Shown here piece by piece: positions 13,123-26,751 of a DNA stretch of 64,000 nt. A program made the translations under genes and the position numbers. A model generated the notes under the pieces. That model was not told the origin of the DNA. It saw nothing but the letters and a program-made list of their open reading frames with translations, and ran no database searches. Where the stretch lies: the NCBI GenBank assembly GCA_002633005.1, contig NMRA01000004.1:1183793-1247792 (forward strand), given 5' to 3'. Numbering within the stretch: the stretch's first letter is position 1; every line of letters starts with the position of its first letter. The DNA is from Phoronis australis (lineage: Eukaryota > Animalia > Phoronida).

Positions 13123-16100
13123 GTAAGACAATGTTGTTGATATGGCAAGCCTATACCTTTGTTGAGTACTGTCTTTATAAGCAGCTTCACTTTTGTACCT
13201 TCATATAGAAGACTTTTTGAGTGTCTCACATTACTGGCTAAAATGCTAACATTTTCTCTAGCACTTTGACTTGTGGTTGATCATGGTATTGATATCATTG
13301 TTTCGCTATCAATGTACCTTTCCTAAATCTACAAAAAGACACTGTCAGTTGTGACCCAATTAATGTTCGTTTGGTAAAAAGTCAGAATTCAAATTCTACA
13401 GACTTTGTTTTTCTAGAAATCATGTACTTTTACCTAAAAACTATAGTTTTGTAGGTGTTTGGCTAAGTACGTAAACTTGTCAGTGAGGTCCTAAATGACC
13501 TTAATGTAAAAGTTCGAGGTCTCAAAAATGCTGTTATTGTTTTCTAAAATATCATTTCACTTGATGCAACTACCTCGTGAATACCATAAAAGTCCTATTG
13601 TAAAAGTGGAACATTTTCAAGACAATTCTTAAGTGTTTTGGAGAAGATTGCATAAAGCATAGTATCTGAAGTTTCATATGAAGTTTGCTAAATTTGGACG
13701 GTCTCTGGGGTCATACATAACCTTAAACGAAATTTATTCATGTTATTGATGCTGTTGCTTTGCGAGCAATGTACCTGTCTTTTTTACTAAATTTTACTAA
13801 AATTACACGGTAAAGTTTCTTTAAGTTGGAAACAATATGGGGGAACAGTAAAATGTTGGTTTATCAAATTTTTAATAAGAGTTCACAAGAAGACAATTTT
13901 ACTTGAGTATTTGAACACTTTATATGCATTAGTACGGCTGTCATCAACAAACACACGATGAAATCTTGAACAATTTTGGCCATTATTTTTGTTCGAATTA
14001 AAAGACATTTGACCTTATTATAACCTTTCTGGGTTAAAATGTACAGTTTTGTAGATATTTGGCTGATTAAACAGACTTGTCGATATGGTCCTACGTAACC
14101 TTTAGTCTTTCTAGCTTCGCTAACCGGACATACCACAAAGTGTACTGGTATTGTTAGGTATCTCTAATGCCTGTTGAAAATAGTGAACTGGCCAGTTCTG
14201 TGATCCGCCAGCTGTCTTACAGACACTAACCCTCTGGACACATCTTGAAGTCTTAAGCCACACATGAGCACACCTGTCTCCATGATCCATCACCTCCAAT
14301 CGAGGAGGTTGCACTCGTGCAGCTGATCTGGTGACTTCTATTAACAGACTTCCGGCTACCAACTGATGTAACTCAACCTGCTCACTTAGATGTAATTCCT
14401 ATCACTCAGTGATATATTACTCCTGACGTAAAACATAGTCCAGCCATAAATATAAATGTGTCAGAGTATAATCTCAGCTACCTGAAACATAGTGCCTGTA
14501 CTAGAACCAAACAAATACTGCACTCATTACCAGTGGTTTCTTTTGAATTAGGTAAATTCTTGCACACCCATTATGTCAGAATTCCTTAGGTAAGAGGTGG
14601 ATACTTAAACATAGTGAAATATATATTAAGACCACCCCTAATAGCACATTTGTTTTGTAAGTCATTCAGCGGCCTGGCTACTTTTTGTTCACCGTGGTGG
14701 CTTTTATTCGCCATATGTAAATTCAGTTGTTGTTTTCTGTAGTTAATTGAAACTTCGTAATTCCTTTGTGAAAAATTTTACGCATTATTGTTTCCGTAGA
14801 CATTCACTTTGCAAAACTTTTGAAGATTTTTAGGGTTGTACAAACTGTTAGAGTCTTAATTGAGGAGTACAGACTACCAGAGCATGTGTGTACGCGTGAT
14901 AAACTCGGCTAAGTTTAGAAATTTGTGACACTCGCACTGTATGTAGTGATGGGAATTCTAACAACGATGCCATCCTGGAAATTTACTGTGGCGCATTTTT
15001 CTTAAACTGTTATGCAACTGAAGGCACAAAGAGAAGGTAAACCATAAATAATGAAAACAGGAACAGTTTTTATTCGAGGGATTTACAATGTTGGAATATA
15101 TCGACAACAGTTTGATAGTTGGTGAGCGTGGTTATTGGTGTGAGATTTGTTACAATATTTTTTCTCTGTTAGGCTTTGTATTATTGATATTCTTTACACA
15201 TTAAGAGACCACGGAAATTAAACCATCGAGACTGAATACTGGAAAATATTGCAATTAAGAACAAGATAATGGTTGCTTCCTATCCGTGACATCTAGCTAA
15301 CGAGAAATTTTTCCTGTTTGTTAAAGTCTTGCTGTCGTTACCACCTTTTTCAGGCTAAGTTAAATTTAGTACTTCATCGGCAGCTAAAATTGTGGCTTAT
15401 TATAAAAGCTAATGGAGCGCGTTATAACCACGGAAACAGTAATGGTAATTTCGGGAAAAAAAATGACTGCCAAAATTAAACTCTTTGTTGTTCAAAAGTT
15501 TCTAACATTGTTGTGAATGCCTGCAGTTCTCCAAATATTGTCCCACTCGCTAGCTCCAGTGTATAACTTAAAATGCTATAGCATGCACTGGACACGGACG
15601 AAGGCGGTGCTAGTGACACTAATGGTGCTGAATAGTCTCAAACGTCACCATGCTGCGGATAGCACTGATAACAGCACTGATGATGCTGCCAACTATGAGG
15701 ACAACGGCACCCATGGCGACCACAACTGCGGATGTTGACACCGCAATTGCCACCCATATTGATAAGTGCGATAAGATAAGCTGAAAAGCCAAGAGCACTA
15801 ACAATGACAATGCAGCCCTTATCAAACAACAATGAAGGACCGGTAATGATACTGATGGCGGTGAAGCCATCGACAATAACGCCAGCGGCACCTCTGTCAA
15901 AAGTGGTTACGACGCCACTTCCTGCGCCGTCAGTGTATTTCTTTGTCGACAAGAACTCTACCAATGACAGCAGCAGTGACTGTGATGATAATATCTACGG
16001 CGCCATCTACGGATTGTGACACGAACTATAACAAACACTACACCGATAATGAGGGCATAGTCTGAAGGCCATCGTCGCTGACGGCAATGACGGGGAACAT

Positions 16101-16887
16101 GTTTGATTACGATCAGGTCTCGAAACTTACCTTGAATGAGAAATTGATATTGTTGCAAAGAAAAGTAGCAAGACACAAGTAATGTAGACCTGAGCGAGAT
16201 TTATTTGCAAACCAATTTTCTGAAAGATTCCTCCTGGGGTAATAAGGAGTTGTTTGGCAAAACAAAACTTTGAAAAATGGTCACCTCGGTATCATCTTTT
16301 GTGCGACTTCAACCAAAAACAATAGACTTTGAGGTTTCGCTCAGATTATACACTATACGTAAATTTCATGTGAATCGATGAAGATCGATGACCTGTACCA
16401 TGCATATAAATTCTTTTGCCAAAGTTTTGTTTTGAAAAAATAATGGCCCATGTGTGGGAACAGTGGCTAGAAGTAAACATTTATATGTATTGGATTAAAC
16501 ACCTGTTCGCTGATTAAAACAATGATTTTCCACAGGATCCTGGTTAAGGTTGGTTTATCCGTTCAAGATGGTGGTTACTTGTTTTCAGTATTTAGATGAC
16601 AAATTAACTGAAAAGTACTAAAATCAAATAGATGTTGCAATGCCTTGCAGTTACCGACGAATAAAAATACAAAGTAGTAAAACTAAAATGACGAGCGTCG
16701 GTACTAAATATATTAAAATATCCCCACGTATCGAGCGATGCGCTCTTTGTCAAGGGTGTGCTACTAATATTGGATAAAACGTACATAAAAGCTTGCATGG
16801 GTTACAATTGAGACGCCCACAAATGAAACTATGGCACATGCGTCTGTGTGTGAAATACTTGAGCAAAAATAGAGAGGTTTCGCTAAT

Positions 16888-16950
16888 ACGTGTAGGTGTA
16901 CTTGTTCACGCGTAGGTGCACTTGTTCACGTGTGGGTGTACTTGTTCACA
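16888..16950 (+). repeat. 20-bp tandem repeat, 3 copies
   Basis: Unit ACGTGTAGGTGTACTTGTTC with variants. Confidence 0.9.
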
Positions 16951-16952
16951 TG

Positions 16953-17206
16953 CGGTACTAGCCAAAAGTATTCAGACAAATCGACTGGGAATTCCCTGTC
17001 ATGACGGCTGGACCGAAGTTTTGAATTTTCGTGTAGTCTTCCCTCATTATTGAGAATTAACAGGAAAGTTAGTAAGGTGATTAAGCCATTCTGTAATTAG
17101 AAATTTTGCTGCCATATTAGTTATTACCAGTTATTTTTGCTATTTACAACATGGCAATCGTGACAGGAAGGATGGTATTTTGTCCGATTACTTTTGTCAT
17201 GTACTG
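16953..17206. mobile_element. Tc1/mariner-like MITE
   Basis: Left cggtactagccaaaagtattcagacaaa versus right reverse complement cagtacatgacaaaagtaatcggacaaa, TA on the right. Related fragment at about 58370-58460. Confidence 0.7.
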
Positions 17207-18678
17207 TACACACGCCCAAATTAGGAAGGTGCACAGCTAGGATTGCCACTGCCCGATGTGGAAATCACTGCTAGTGCCCCCTCTCCCCAGACACTACCAA
17301 TGCCTCTCCCCCCACCCCCCCCCCNTTTTGGTGCAAGTTATTGATGCATGTTTTGGGGGTAGCTTTTATGGATGCCTTGATCTTGTGTAGGTTTCAGGTA
17401 TTCATTTCTGATCTAGAAGTGAAATGAGGGCAAAACAGTGGTATTTTCACAAAGTTCTGAATCTAAAATCAAATTTTCACAACACACAAGTTAATTCAAT
17501 TGAATTAACATTAGAAAACTTAAAAGTCAATTCCTGCAGTTATTTAGTGCAACATTATATCGCAGGTTAAAACTGGTATAGATTAAACTTTACCCATCTA
17601 CTCAACGTGTAGCAAAATAGTGCATGCAAAATCTAATGACGTTGTGTACATGAAAAAGGGGAATACCTTGCTCAAGTACATACACTATGTTTGTGAAACT
17701 ACGCTAGTGATTTTTAAAGACGGTAATATTTCTGTTGTAGATGAGTGATTTAAGGGTTTGTGTTTCTAGGTACAACGAAATTAAGCTTTTCTTATAAATA
17801 TAGACTTTATATATATATATATAAATTCCATCTCATCGTACCTAATAAAAACACATGCAATGTATTTTCATAAACCAACAATTGTAAGTTTGTTTAAAAG
17901 AATTATTTCAAACAAATGTTCTGTCTTTTATTTTGTCTTTTATTTTTGTCTTGCGTGTGCAATTTCCGTTGAAGTTGTGCTTTTATAAGGAGCTGCAATG
18001 ATGGTATTCTGTCACCTAATGAACAGCTTGCACTGTTTTTTTTTATAGATAGTGTGTTGGTAAGTGCCCTTAAGGGAAACTCTGTGGCCTGATTAACTGA
18101 TCAAAAAGAAGGCTGTTTGTTCTTGTTGGTTACAGCCAAGTCGTGCGCAGTGACCAATGAGTGTTACACCTTGATCAGAATTGATAATAAATTGATTACA
18201 ATCGCTGCTCAATGGCCCTTCACTTGTGCATTGGCATTGAACTACCGTTGCCCTGGAAACATTTTCCTGGCAGTATTGATTTTGTGTGAAATACACAAAT
18301 TGCGTGATTTGACATCTCCTAATCCGGCAATCTCCTTTTAAGTCCTTAAGCCGATGTTCATAAGCTATCGAGCACAATAACGAAGCTGGTCAGTCATGAG
18401 TTGCTAGTCACTGGGTGTCTTCAAATTCAGGCCACACAAGTAAGTTACAACTCTCTCATCCTCTGTTAGGCATGGTCTTTCATTGTTTTTTTAGTTAAAG
18501 TGGTTAGCAATGGCCCTTCCTAAGGTTTATTTGTCTTCCTTCCATGCATAAGATTGCAGGTCTCCAGCTGGGTTTATTTTAAAACATTACATACTAGGAT
18601 CACTATAATGATTGTCATCATGACAGGTTGTCTACTGTGTAGTGTGTGGGAGGACAGCCCTGCAGTAGCAGGACTGGC

Positions 18679-18782
18679 AATAGTCTGATATAAAGTGCCC
18701 GTAGTTTGAGAACCAGTTTGATGATCATTATTTAGTGGGGAAAACTGGTTCTCAAAATTCGGGCATGTTATATCAGACCATT
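18679..18782. mobile_element. About 104-bp palindromic MITE
   Basis: aatagtctgatataa..gcccg..tttgagaaccagttt / aaactggttctcaaa..cgggc..ttatatcagaccatt. Other copies at 41324-41427, about 41900-41997, about 43690-43760 and about 12685-12742. Confidence 0.8.
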
Positions 18783-19373
18783 ACCACAGGACTAGGGTGA
18801 CGGTGTGTACTCATCCTGTGGTGGGGAATCTCTAACACGAAGCAATCGCTGGATGAGTCGCTCAACTGCTGTTCTTTCAGACAAGTTTTGCAAATCATTC
18901 TCTGTATCATGCAAATATTTTGGGAAAGAAGCTGTGAGAGTCCTACTCTATGTTGAAAAGATATCCTCTAGGTGTTCTCTGCAACAGAAAAAATCAAACA
19001 CAACAAGAATTTTAAAAAATCATGTGCATGTTGCAAAGTTCAACTGCCCATGGGTGTCTGACGCTTTGTATGTGACTTTGGAGTCGGTGGGTGGGGGGAG
19101 TAGATGACTAATCTCCAAGGGCTGGTTGCATTGTTTTTTAGTCTTGTTGCTTGTAAGCCAAACCCGTCACAGCCAAACTCAGACTTGTTACCACAAGTAG
19201 TTAAATGTTTTTTTACCCTTGATTGCGTATCAAAGGTGTTATTTCTAAAGCCCAAAGGCAATTAGTTTTATGTACTGTGTTAAATGACTGTTTCTGGGTT
19301 GCGTTTTCATTTATGGTTGCAGCTGAGGTTGGCTGATTAGTCTCCATGACACAAAACATGATTCAATCTTAGG

Positions 19374-19464
19374 GGTCTATATACTGGACGTCCTGGTCTC
19401 ACCTACTGTAGTAGGCTTGGTCTATGTACTGGACATGCTGGTCTCACCTGCTGTAGTAGGCTTA
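19374..19464 (+). repeat. 45-bp tandem duplication
   Basis: ggtctat.tactggac.t.ctggtctcacct.ctgtagtaggctt twice. Confidence 0.9.
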
Positions 19465-22400
19465 GGACATAAAAAGAACAAAAAGTGAAAACAAACATCA
19501 TGATTTGTTGTGCCATCTGAAATGACATCGGGTTTTTCTGTATGGGTGTGAAATCACATATCGTCCGCCGAACAAAGACTTTCTACTGTCTCAGGCAGGT
19601 GTTACTGGCTACTCAGGCGGTCTATAACCATGACAAAATAACGTTATGCATTATTTGGTGGTCTGCGTTGTTGTGTTAACTTTACCAGGTTGACAGTAAG
19701 TTTGTCTTATTCTCTAGCTTTTATGTTTTGTAGCAATTAGTTGAGAATTCAATTTCAGTTAGTCATACATTACGATGAGTTTCTTGTATGGCCTTGGAAG
19801 CTTTGAGCTCAACATCTAATTTCTGAAGTCGACCTTGGGCTCAAATACCTGATTCTTAAGTTCAATCTTGTAGTTTGAAGCACATCTGTCTTGGTAATTT
19901 CTATTCTTTACTTGTAGATTACAGCTCAACTCCAGTGAGAAAAGTGCTATGTATCAAAATCTTGAGTCACACTAGAGATTGAATCTTGACTTAATCGTGT
20001 CTGCCGGCACATTTCTTGATTAGATTCCAAATTGTGAAAGGTTGTTAACCTTTTAAAGAAACGTCACTGAAACTTGGGCTGAAAATGCAATAGGTGATAA
20101 TGTGGTGATAAATATGTCATTTACTCATAGTGTTAATGAGAATAGTAAATGGAAATTGTGATGTCACATTGTGACTTTTTGAATTCAATTGTTTTTATAA
20201 AGAAGTTCATTTGAATACAGTCTTAAGAATTTGACTCATGAAAAAATGCTGTTTTGCTTCTAAAGTTTTGAAACTTGAATCAATTTTCAAAAAGCTTTTC
20301 ATGTTTAAAAACGAGGCTTAAAACGAACAGAATTGGGCTACAAACATTTCTGTGCTTCTTGCATCGAAATTCTACAAGCAAAATGCACCGACCACTGGCG
20401 GAAATTAATGTGCTCTTTAGCTTGTACTACTGAAATGCACACCCTGATTTTGAAGAAATGCAAAAAGAAGACAAACTTAGTAGGTGTAATGGTGATCTTT
20501 GTTTGGCAGTTACTGCTGACTCGACTGACAAATGCCGTTTTGAATACTACAAAGTTTAAGACGTGTTTTGTGTTCTTTGGAGCCAGAGGACTATTATCAA
20601 TTGCTATAATTTGTGCAATGTGTCTGCGAAGTGTTTTTTATTTTATGTCGAGGTTATTCGGTATACTCCTGTTCTGTTCATCATTAACTCATATTTGCGG
20701 TAATCCTTTTTGTCCTCCAACACCGCTGGTCAGAATTTCCTGTTGTTTTCAAAACTATTGTTTAGCCAACCTTTTGCGACATTTGCTTAGCACATAAACT
20801 CACCGCTTTGTTGCTATTCCACACATTTGTTGTCAAAACTCTTGGATATCGATATATTTTAACTTGATGTTCCTTATTAAATACCTATTGATAACACATG
20901 CACTTTCTAGAGTGCTACGTAACGGCAGGCCAAAGAGTTGCTAAATCGGCGGGAAAAGAGAATGAAGCGGTTTATTAATCCTAAAATGACACCTGTGATC
21001 TCCATTCTGACTACACCATAAGCATAGAAAACATGGGGTGTCAACTTCTGCATTGGGTGCCAGTAGTTGAAAAATGATACTATATTGATACTGATACTGC
21101 CTATTTGATGCGGATACTCATTCGATATCAAATAATATCACTCTTGGGATCGGTCCATATGTGCATACTATCACTGAACTATATTTAAAAATCTTAAACG
21201 TGTTTGGTATTTTACCGGATTTTTAACTTTTGTTTGTAAAGCCAAATACCAATCTGACGTTAATCATGTCGTGCAGTCGTGTCTTTTTAGTAAAATTTAG
21301 CAAAAACAGAAAGGTATGTTCATAGCACAACAACGGTATTAATTGCAGGAACAAATTTCATTTCGTGTAGATGTTCAAGATGAAATCTCAAAAACTGTTA
21401 CCGTTTTCTAAATGATCATTTCGTTTTTGTTTTATGCAGCTTTCAATCTTTTTCATTAAAAGTCATAATTCATTACTTAAAAACTGCTCACGGGGTACCT
21501 CTAAACTCTTCAAAACCCATATTTGTGATGCTCAAAATATGTCACTTTTTACCTTCAGTAATCAAATACTTATCATTTCATAAACCACTAATTTTCTGAA
21601 AACACTGCAAAAATTTTACAGCTACAGTGGAAACTAAAAGAAAGTTTTAAAAATGCGTTCCGATAGTTTTAAACATTTTCTTAACTTCCATGGCTTGTTT
21701 GACATGTTTCACTACTCTGCTTAAGAGGAGTGGCATACTTGAAGTGTTCAGTTATTGGAAAAATCGGTGTTCGGTTTGCCTAGCTAGGTTTGTAGCAGTT
21801 TTGGTTACTAAAACAAATGCTTCTGATCTTTGTTGAGCTGGTTGTTTTGACACACTGTTAGAGCATTTTATTAGCTGATCACTTTAGATATCAACTATGC
21901 TGTCAAGGTCACCATGGTTACTGTAGTGACTTGGATGTAAATGCTGTGATACAAAGCAAAGATGAATATCACTGCAGCACTAGATGCAGGCCAGTGATTT
22001 GTTAATCTTGCTTTGAAGTGGTTTCATTTTGCATTTTGTCTTACATTATCATAGGAGTTTATCTGGCTTTGCTTCAACCTTAGAAATTCTTATTGACAGT
22101 ATGATGACCAAACTGTCTCCTGAACCATGATGTGCTCCTTCGTTTACATGGATTTTCAAATTGCTTTAATCAAGGCAATGTTTAACATAAATGTGCTCAA
22201 CTTCATTTTCACCAATCACTGTAATTTAGCAAACGTCCAACACAATGGGCATTTTGTTTCTGGGTAATTATGGTACAAAATTGGTCAATTTGCACAGAGA
22301 AACAAGAGACCATTTCAACACCGAAAGTTTAAAGTTTCACAAAATTATAAGCAAATCTAGACTCATAATGGGAATAGATTGGCCCGGGCGGTTTGTATCA

Positions 22401-22501
22401 AACAGTGTCTTTGTTGTTGGTGTCAAGTTTTAATATCGTACAATATGATCTGGGAGCACGGGGACTGGGGGGTACTCCCAAGGAAGAGGTACACGGGGGG
22501 G

Positions 22502-23159
22502 CAGGGCTTCATCTAGGATTTCGAACATAGGGTGTCCAAAATGGGGTTCCCAATATTCCAGGGCGTCCATGATTCCAACGCGGCATTACCCCCCNNNNNN
22601 NNNNNNNNNNNNNNNNCACAGATGATGTGTGGTTTATATTTTGACAACAGGTGTCACTGCTGCTCCATTTTAGACGCACATAGAAAAGCATGAAACAGGT
22701 GAAAACTCAAACATTTTAAATGGGGATATTCTTGCGGCACATCATATTATTAAAATAATGACATTTATTTTGCTTTTGGTATTTTTAAAAAAGACGAAGT
22801 ACATGAAATTACAGCTCTGAAACACCAGTTTGGAGTTAAGCAAGGTCCATGTCCCTATATAAAGTACAGAATGGCAGTGGCATGTGAGTCTATTGAAAGC
22901 AGACACTCTGGCAACCAACCACGTGCTAATGATTGACAGGTCTACCAAATAGTTTGAAGATAGATTGAATATTGAAACATTTTAAATATTATATTTCTTT
23001 CCCAGTTGAAAGGGCCATCTTCCTGCTTTGATTAACTGGGAGTCCAAACTGGAGAAATTTTGATTGACAGGGCGTCCAAATGATACATTGGGCGTCCTTG
23101 CCAGGGCGTCTACATTAGTGCTAGGGCGTCCAAATGGACGTACGCTGCATGAAGGCCTG
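22502..23159. mobile_element. hAT-like MITE inserted in a G-run (contains an assembly gap at 22595-22616)
   Basis: Termini CAGGGCTTCAT / ATGAAGGCCTG and repeated subterminal GGGCGTCC motifs at both ends. The TSD is unresolved inside the G-run. Confidence 0.7.
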
Positions 23160-24910
23160 GGGCGGGGGGGGGCATTGCCTGACTCGAGAATGGCGACTTT
23201 CACTACCAGCTTTCCAACAAAGGTTGACTTTTCTGACAAAATTTTCTTCGAAAGGATGCCTTGCAACATGTTTCAGAAAGTTGCCTGGGGGCATATTTTG
23301 TCCTCTGGAAAGACAAATGTACTAGAAATTCCCGGTCAATACAAAAACTAATTTACTTGTCAGTGTGTGAATATATGCTCAGAATGCACTGATGAAGCCA
23401 TGTTAAGTGTATCTTGTGTTCATGATATGTTAATTGCATGTAATGGCATTATTTGAACTGTAACTTGTAAATTTTATGTTGTATTACATTGTAGTCTGTA
23501 AATTACCTCAGAGTTAAAAACCAAAATTTACTCAAAAGTTATGTTTAAGTAAGTTTCTAGCTAGACATGTGCACCAACTCAAGTGTGATTTTCTGGAATG
23601 AGGCTAGACTAGAATTTGACTGCCCCCTTGAGGAAATGTCTGAGATTCTTCACCTAATAAAAAGAAATCTGGCTGGCTTCCTCACCCACAACTTATCGTT
23701 TCATCAACTGCGATGAACCTGCGGTGAAAACTAGACTGGCTGAAAAACAGCTATCTCTGGCTTTTGAACCTGGCTGCCAGTCTAGCCAGAAGTCTTTGAA
23801 TGAACAGCTGTGACTTCCATGCTCTTGTGGTCCTAATCCGTCATTATAATCCACATCCCTTGCTGTTACCTGGCTTCATGCTGTGTTCAATGGTGCTAAT
23901 CCCGGGAAGGATTGAATCTCGCTGTTTACAATCTGATGTGAAGTGTCACTCTTAATCAGCTCGAGATTAATGTCGGTCATTGATTTTTTCCAGCCTTAAC
24001 ACAATCTTGCTTTGATTACGGACAAAACTCGGATGTTCTATCTCTTCTTGAACTGGTCATTGTTTTGCTTTGTGGGTGTGGTAAGCGTGCTTTTTATAAT
24101 AACAGCATTTTTTGTGCTGCTGCTTCTCAAAGTTTGAGGCTGCTTTATCGTGGACTTTTTGCCCTAATGACAGCAGTACAGGTAATTAGTGCAATTTCTT
24201 GTGAACGTTACTGTTCTCTTCTCATAATATTTCTTTAAAGTTACTGTCACCACTTCATCTTTGAAAACAGTTTTTTGTTGTACTCCACGTTTTATTTTTT
24301 AAGGTGTCTAGTTGGCATTCATATTATTATTACTCATGATGAAACCAAGGACCTAATAAAGTTCATTGATTTCTTCAATTGGGTGCCTTTTCGTTGCCAC
24401 TTACTAATGCCATTTTGGTCATGTCCCAAGGGAGCCACCCCCACTCCCAGAGCCCCCCTAGGGAGCATCTCATTAAATACCATCACAATCAGCATTTACA
24501 TGTGAAAATTTTCCACTATTCTCTATTAAGCTTCCTTTTAAAGAGTAATCTGTGACTTCATGATGGTTTGATCCGCTATTTCTCCGGTATTCAACAACGC
24601 ACCCCGTCTTAGCAAGTAAGGGGGTTTCATTGATCTCCTTTGTCTGGAGATAACAATCTCCCTCTGGCCACATTTTTGTTTTGTGCTGATTTATTGCATC
24701 TGTTGGGTTTATGAGTAAAATTCGCTATTTTTAGCAGGTAATGAAATGACAATTAATGTTGGGATTTAGACATGTTGAAATAACCATTAAAATAGCGATT
24801 AAAACGTTCATGTTAATAAGCCTATTAGGAACCTTAATTTTCTTGTGTTGCGAGCTGTTGCTTATTCTTGTGCAGAGCTTTACTAACATATCTCCTGAAC
24901 AATAACAAGG

Positions 24911-25044
24911 TAGAGTTCAGTAACACTAGGACCTCGCTAAAAAGCACGACTTTGTGCAATTGCTTGAGGTATTGCTGTGTATTTTAAATGAAAACACTTG
25001 ATTTTGGCTTGATTTTAGCAAGGCCCTAGCGTTACTGAACTCTA
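24911..25044. mobile_element. 134-bp MITE with about 32-bp TIR; second copy in opposite orientation at about 6127-6266
   Basis: tagagttcagtaacactaggacctcgctaaaa versus reverse complement tagagttcagtaacgctagggccttgctaaaa. Confidence 0.8.
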
Positions 25045-25205
25045 TCCATTTCAACCAATCTTGTTTTCTGATTCATGTTGCTATGGAGTCTGTAACCTAA
25101 GCAACAAGTCAGCATCAATAGATTAAGGTTACTCCACATTAAAAACAAGTGAAACATTTATTTAGCAAACTTATTGGAAAGCTGAACCTATTTATTCTTT
25201 CTCTG

Positions 25206-25691
25206 GCTTTAGTTATGTGTGACCTTAATATTGACATGTCTATGTATTCAGCTAAGTATATTTATTTATTTATTTATTTTTAACACGGTATAAGTATTTT
25301 TCTGAAAGTAGTAAACCCGTGGAATTTGATTTTTGGCTTTTCGGCTCTCTGTCATTAATTGTGTCATGTGACCATGTCTATTTTGGTAAAATTTTGCAAA
25401 AAAGAAAGGTACATCGATGACCACATTACATTTAATACAAAGGTTCGAGGTGAAACTTCGAAAATGCTGTCACATTTTTTTAAATTGTGTGCTTGTTTTC
25501 GTTTTATAGAACTTAAGATTTTTTCACGAAAATTTCAAAAAGGCCTTTTTGATAGCCCCTGATGCATATCAACAGTGTCTTGGAGAACAATTCATAAGCA
25601 GAGTATGTTAAAGTTTGAATCGGGTGAGCCGTTTCTGACATGCGATTTTAGCCAAATTTGGACATTTCTCCATGTTCCCACATAACCTTAA
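25206..25691 (+). mobile_element. Member of an abundant, diverged 450-500-bp non-autonomous DNA transposon family with TTAA-GGTTAY termini (Kolobok-like)
   Basis: Right end cacataaccttaa and shared blocks such as gtaaaatt.gcaaaaaagaaagg.acat.gat and gc.aaatttggac. Related copies or fragments at about 13330-13726, 13860-14104 (minus), 21150-21450, 27926-28372, 32299-32700 and 34600-34850. Confidence 0.6.
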
Positions 25692-26575
25692 GTCATGGCG
25701 TAATGAATATATTCAAGACATACCTTTTGTTTCTTCAGTTGGGTGAACATGCTGTTAATCAGCTTACCAATATGCTGTTCCCAATCTTGGCATGTAAATT
25801 GCTCACAGTCCTACTTATAGCTGCCCTATAACTGTTTCCAATTGGTCTAGTTTTATGTCATTTCACCCAACTTGTAGCCAGTGTTACAATAAAGTGAGAG
25901 CTGTTCAAAGCTGACCAGATTTAGCCTGGTTAGTCAGTGGTGGACCATGGTCATTAAAGCTGACCTAATCAGCCACTGTACAAACAATCTTCATCCTAAG
26001 ATCAGTGGATACACTATGTTTCAAAATATCAGCATGCACTGACTGCTAGCCTGTTTCTTTATTAAACCATCCTGTGTCAACAATCTTCATGGCACTTGGT
26101 AATTAATTCAGATTGTTCACACCTATTTGGCACTCAGTGTTCACTGAAATCTTAGACTGGAGTAGATGTGTTAACACACAGCTTTCTCACTATACTCATT
26201 TACTAATCGGTTTGGAGATAGGGAAGCTCATAGTATGGGTAACTCAGTGTTAGATTGTAGCTTACTGACATGACTGTCTTTTGTCGGGATTTGTTGAGCT
26301 ATTTGAAAAGTGTTTAATTTCCGTGCACTGCAGTGGTTCTTGAAGTGGAAGCATTTCTTTGGTGTTTTGATGTGACTAGCTTTTTGTTAGATTCATGCCC
26401 AAAAGCAAGTGGCATTGTGCTGACAAAAATATTTTCAATGAATATTTTTGGCTTACTTATTAAATTAAACGGAGATGGTTATGTAGAATTTAAATTTCTG
26501 CATCATCAAAATTAATGTCAGATTTTTCCATTAGCCTTGTAGTTACCAACGACGGCTCAGTTCTGCTACACTTGT

Positions 26576-26638
26576 TGTTCACTATTTCTCTGTTTCATTG
26601 TTTCACTGTTTCACTATTTCACTGTTTCACTATTTCAG
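26576..26638 (+). repeat. 8-bp tandem repeat T(G/A)TTTCAC forming the polypyrimidine tract of the ATG exon
   Basis: About 8 units; the last is tatttcAG, the acceptor itself. Confidence 0.9.
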
Positions 26639-26667
26639 ATCCCAGTCTAGTGTTAGTTTCTCCCACC

Positions 26668-26751
26668 ATGATGACAACCATGGAACCAAATAACAACGCC
26701 AATGATGTATTGTCCGTCACTCTCACACTGCGAATGATTATGCAGGGCAAG
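26668..26751 (+). CDS. PCBP: Poly(rC)-binding protein (PCBP/hnRNP E family), coding exon 1: MMTTMEPNNNANDVLSVTLTLRMIMQGK (start of KH1)
   Basis: Acceptor tttcAG ends at 26638 (exon from 26639). Kozak-like ccaccATG at 26668, donor AAG|gtatgt. VTLTLRMIMQGK resembles the vertebrate PCBP KH1 start VTLTIRLLMHGK. Phase 0. Confidence 0.92.

Noticed and set aside
19595-19695. Possible extra 5'UTR exon (ctcAG ... ACA|gtaagt)
   Set aside because: Only splice-site-like motifs support it, and such pairs are common by chance in long introns.
20333-20797. 154-aa ORF
   Set aside because: No recognisable domain, non-ATG start, and it overlaps decayed MITE-like sequence.
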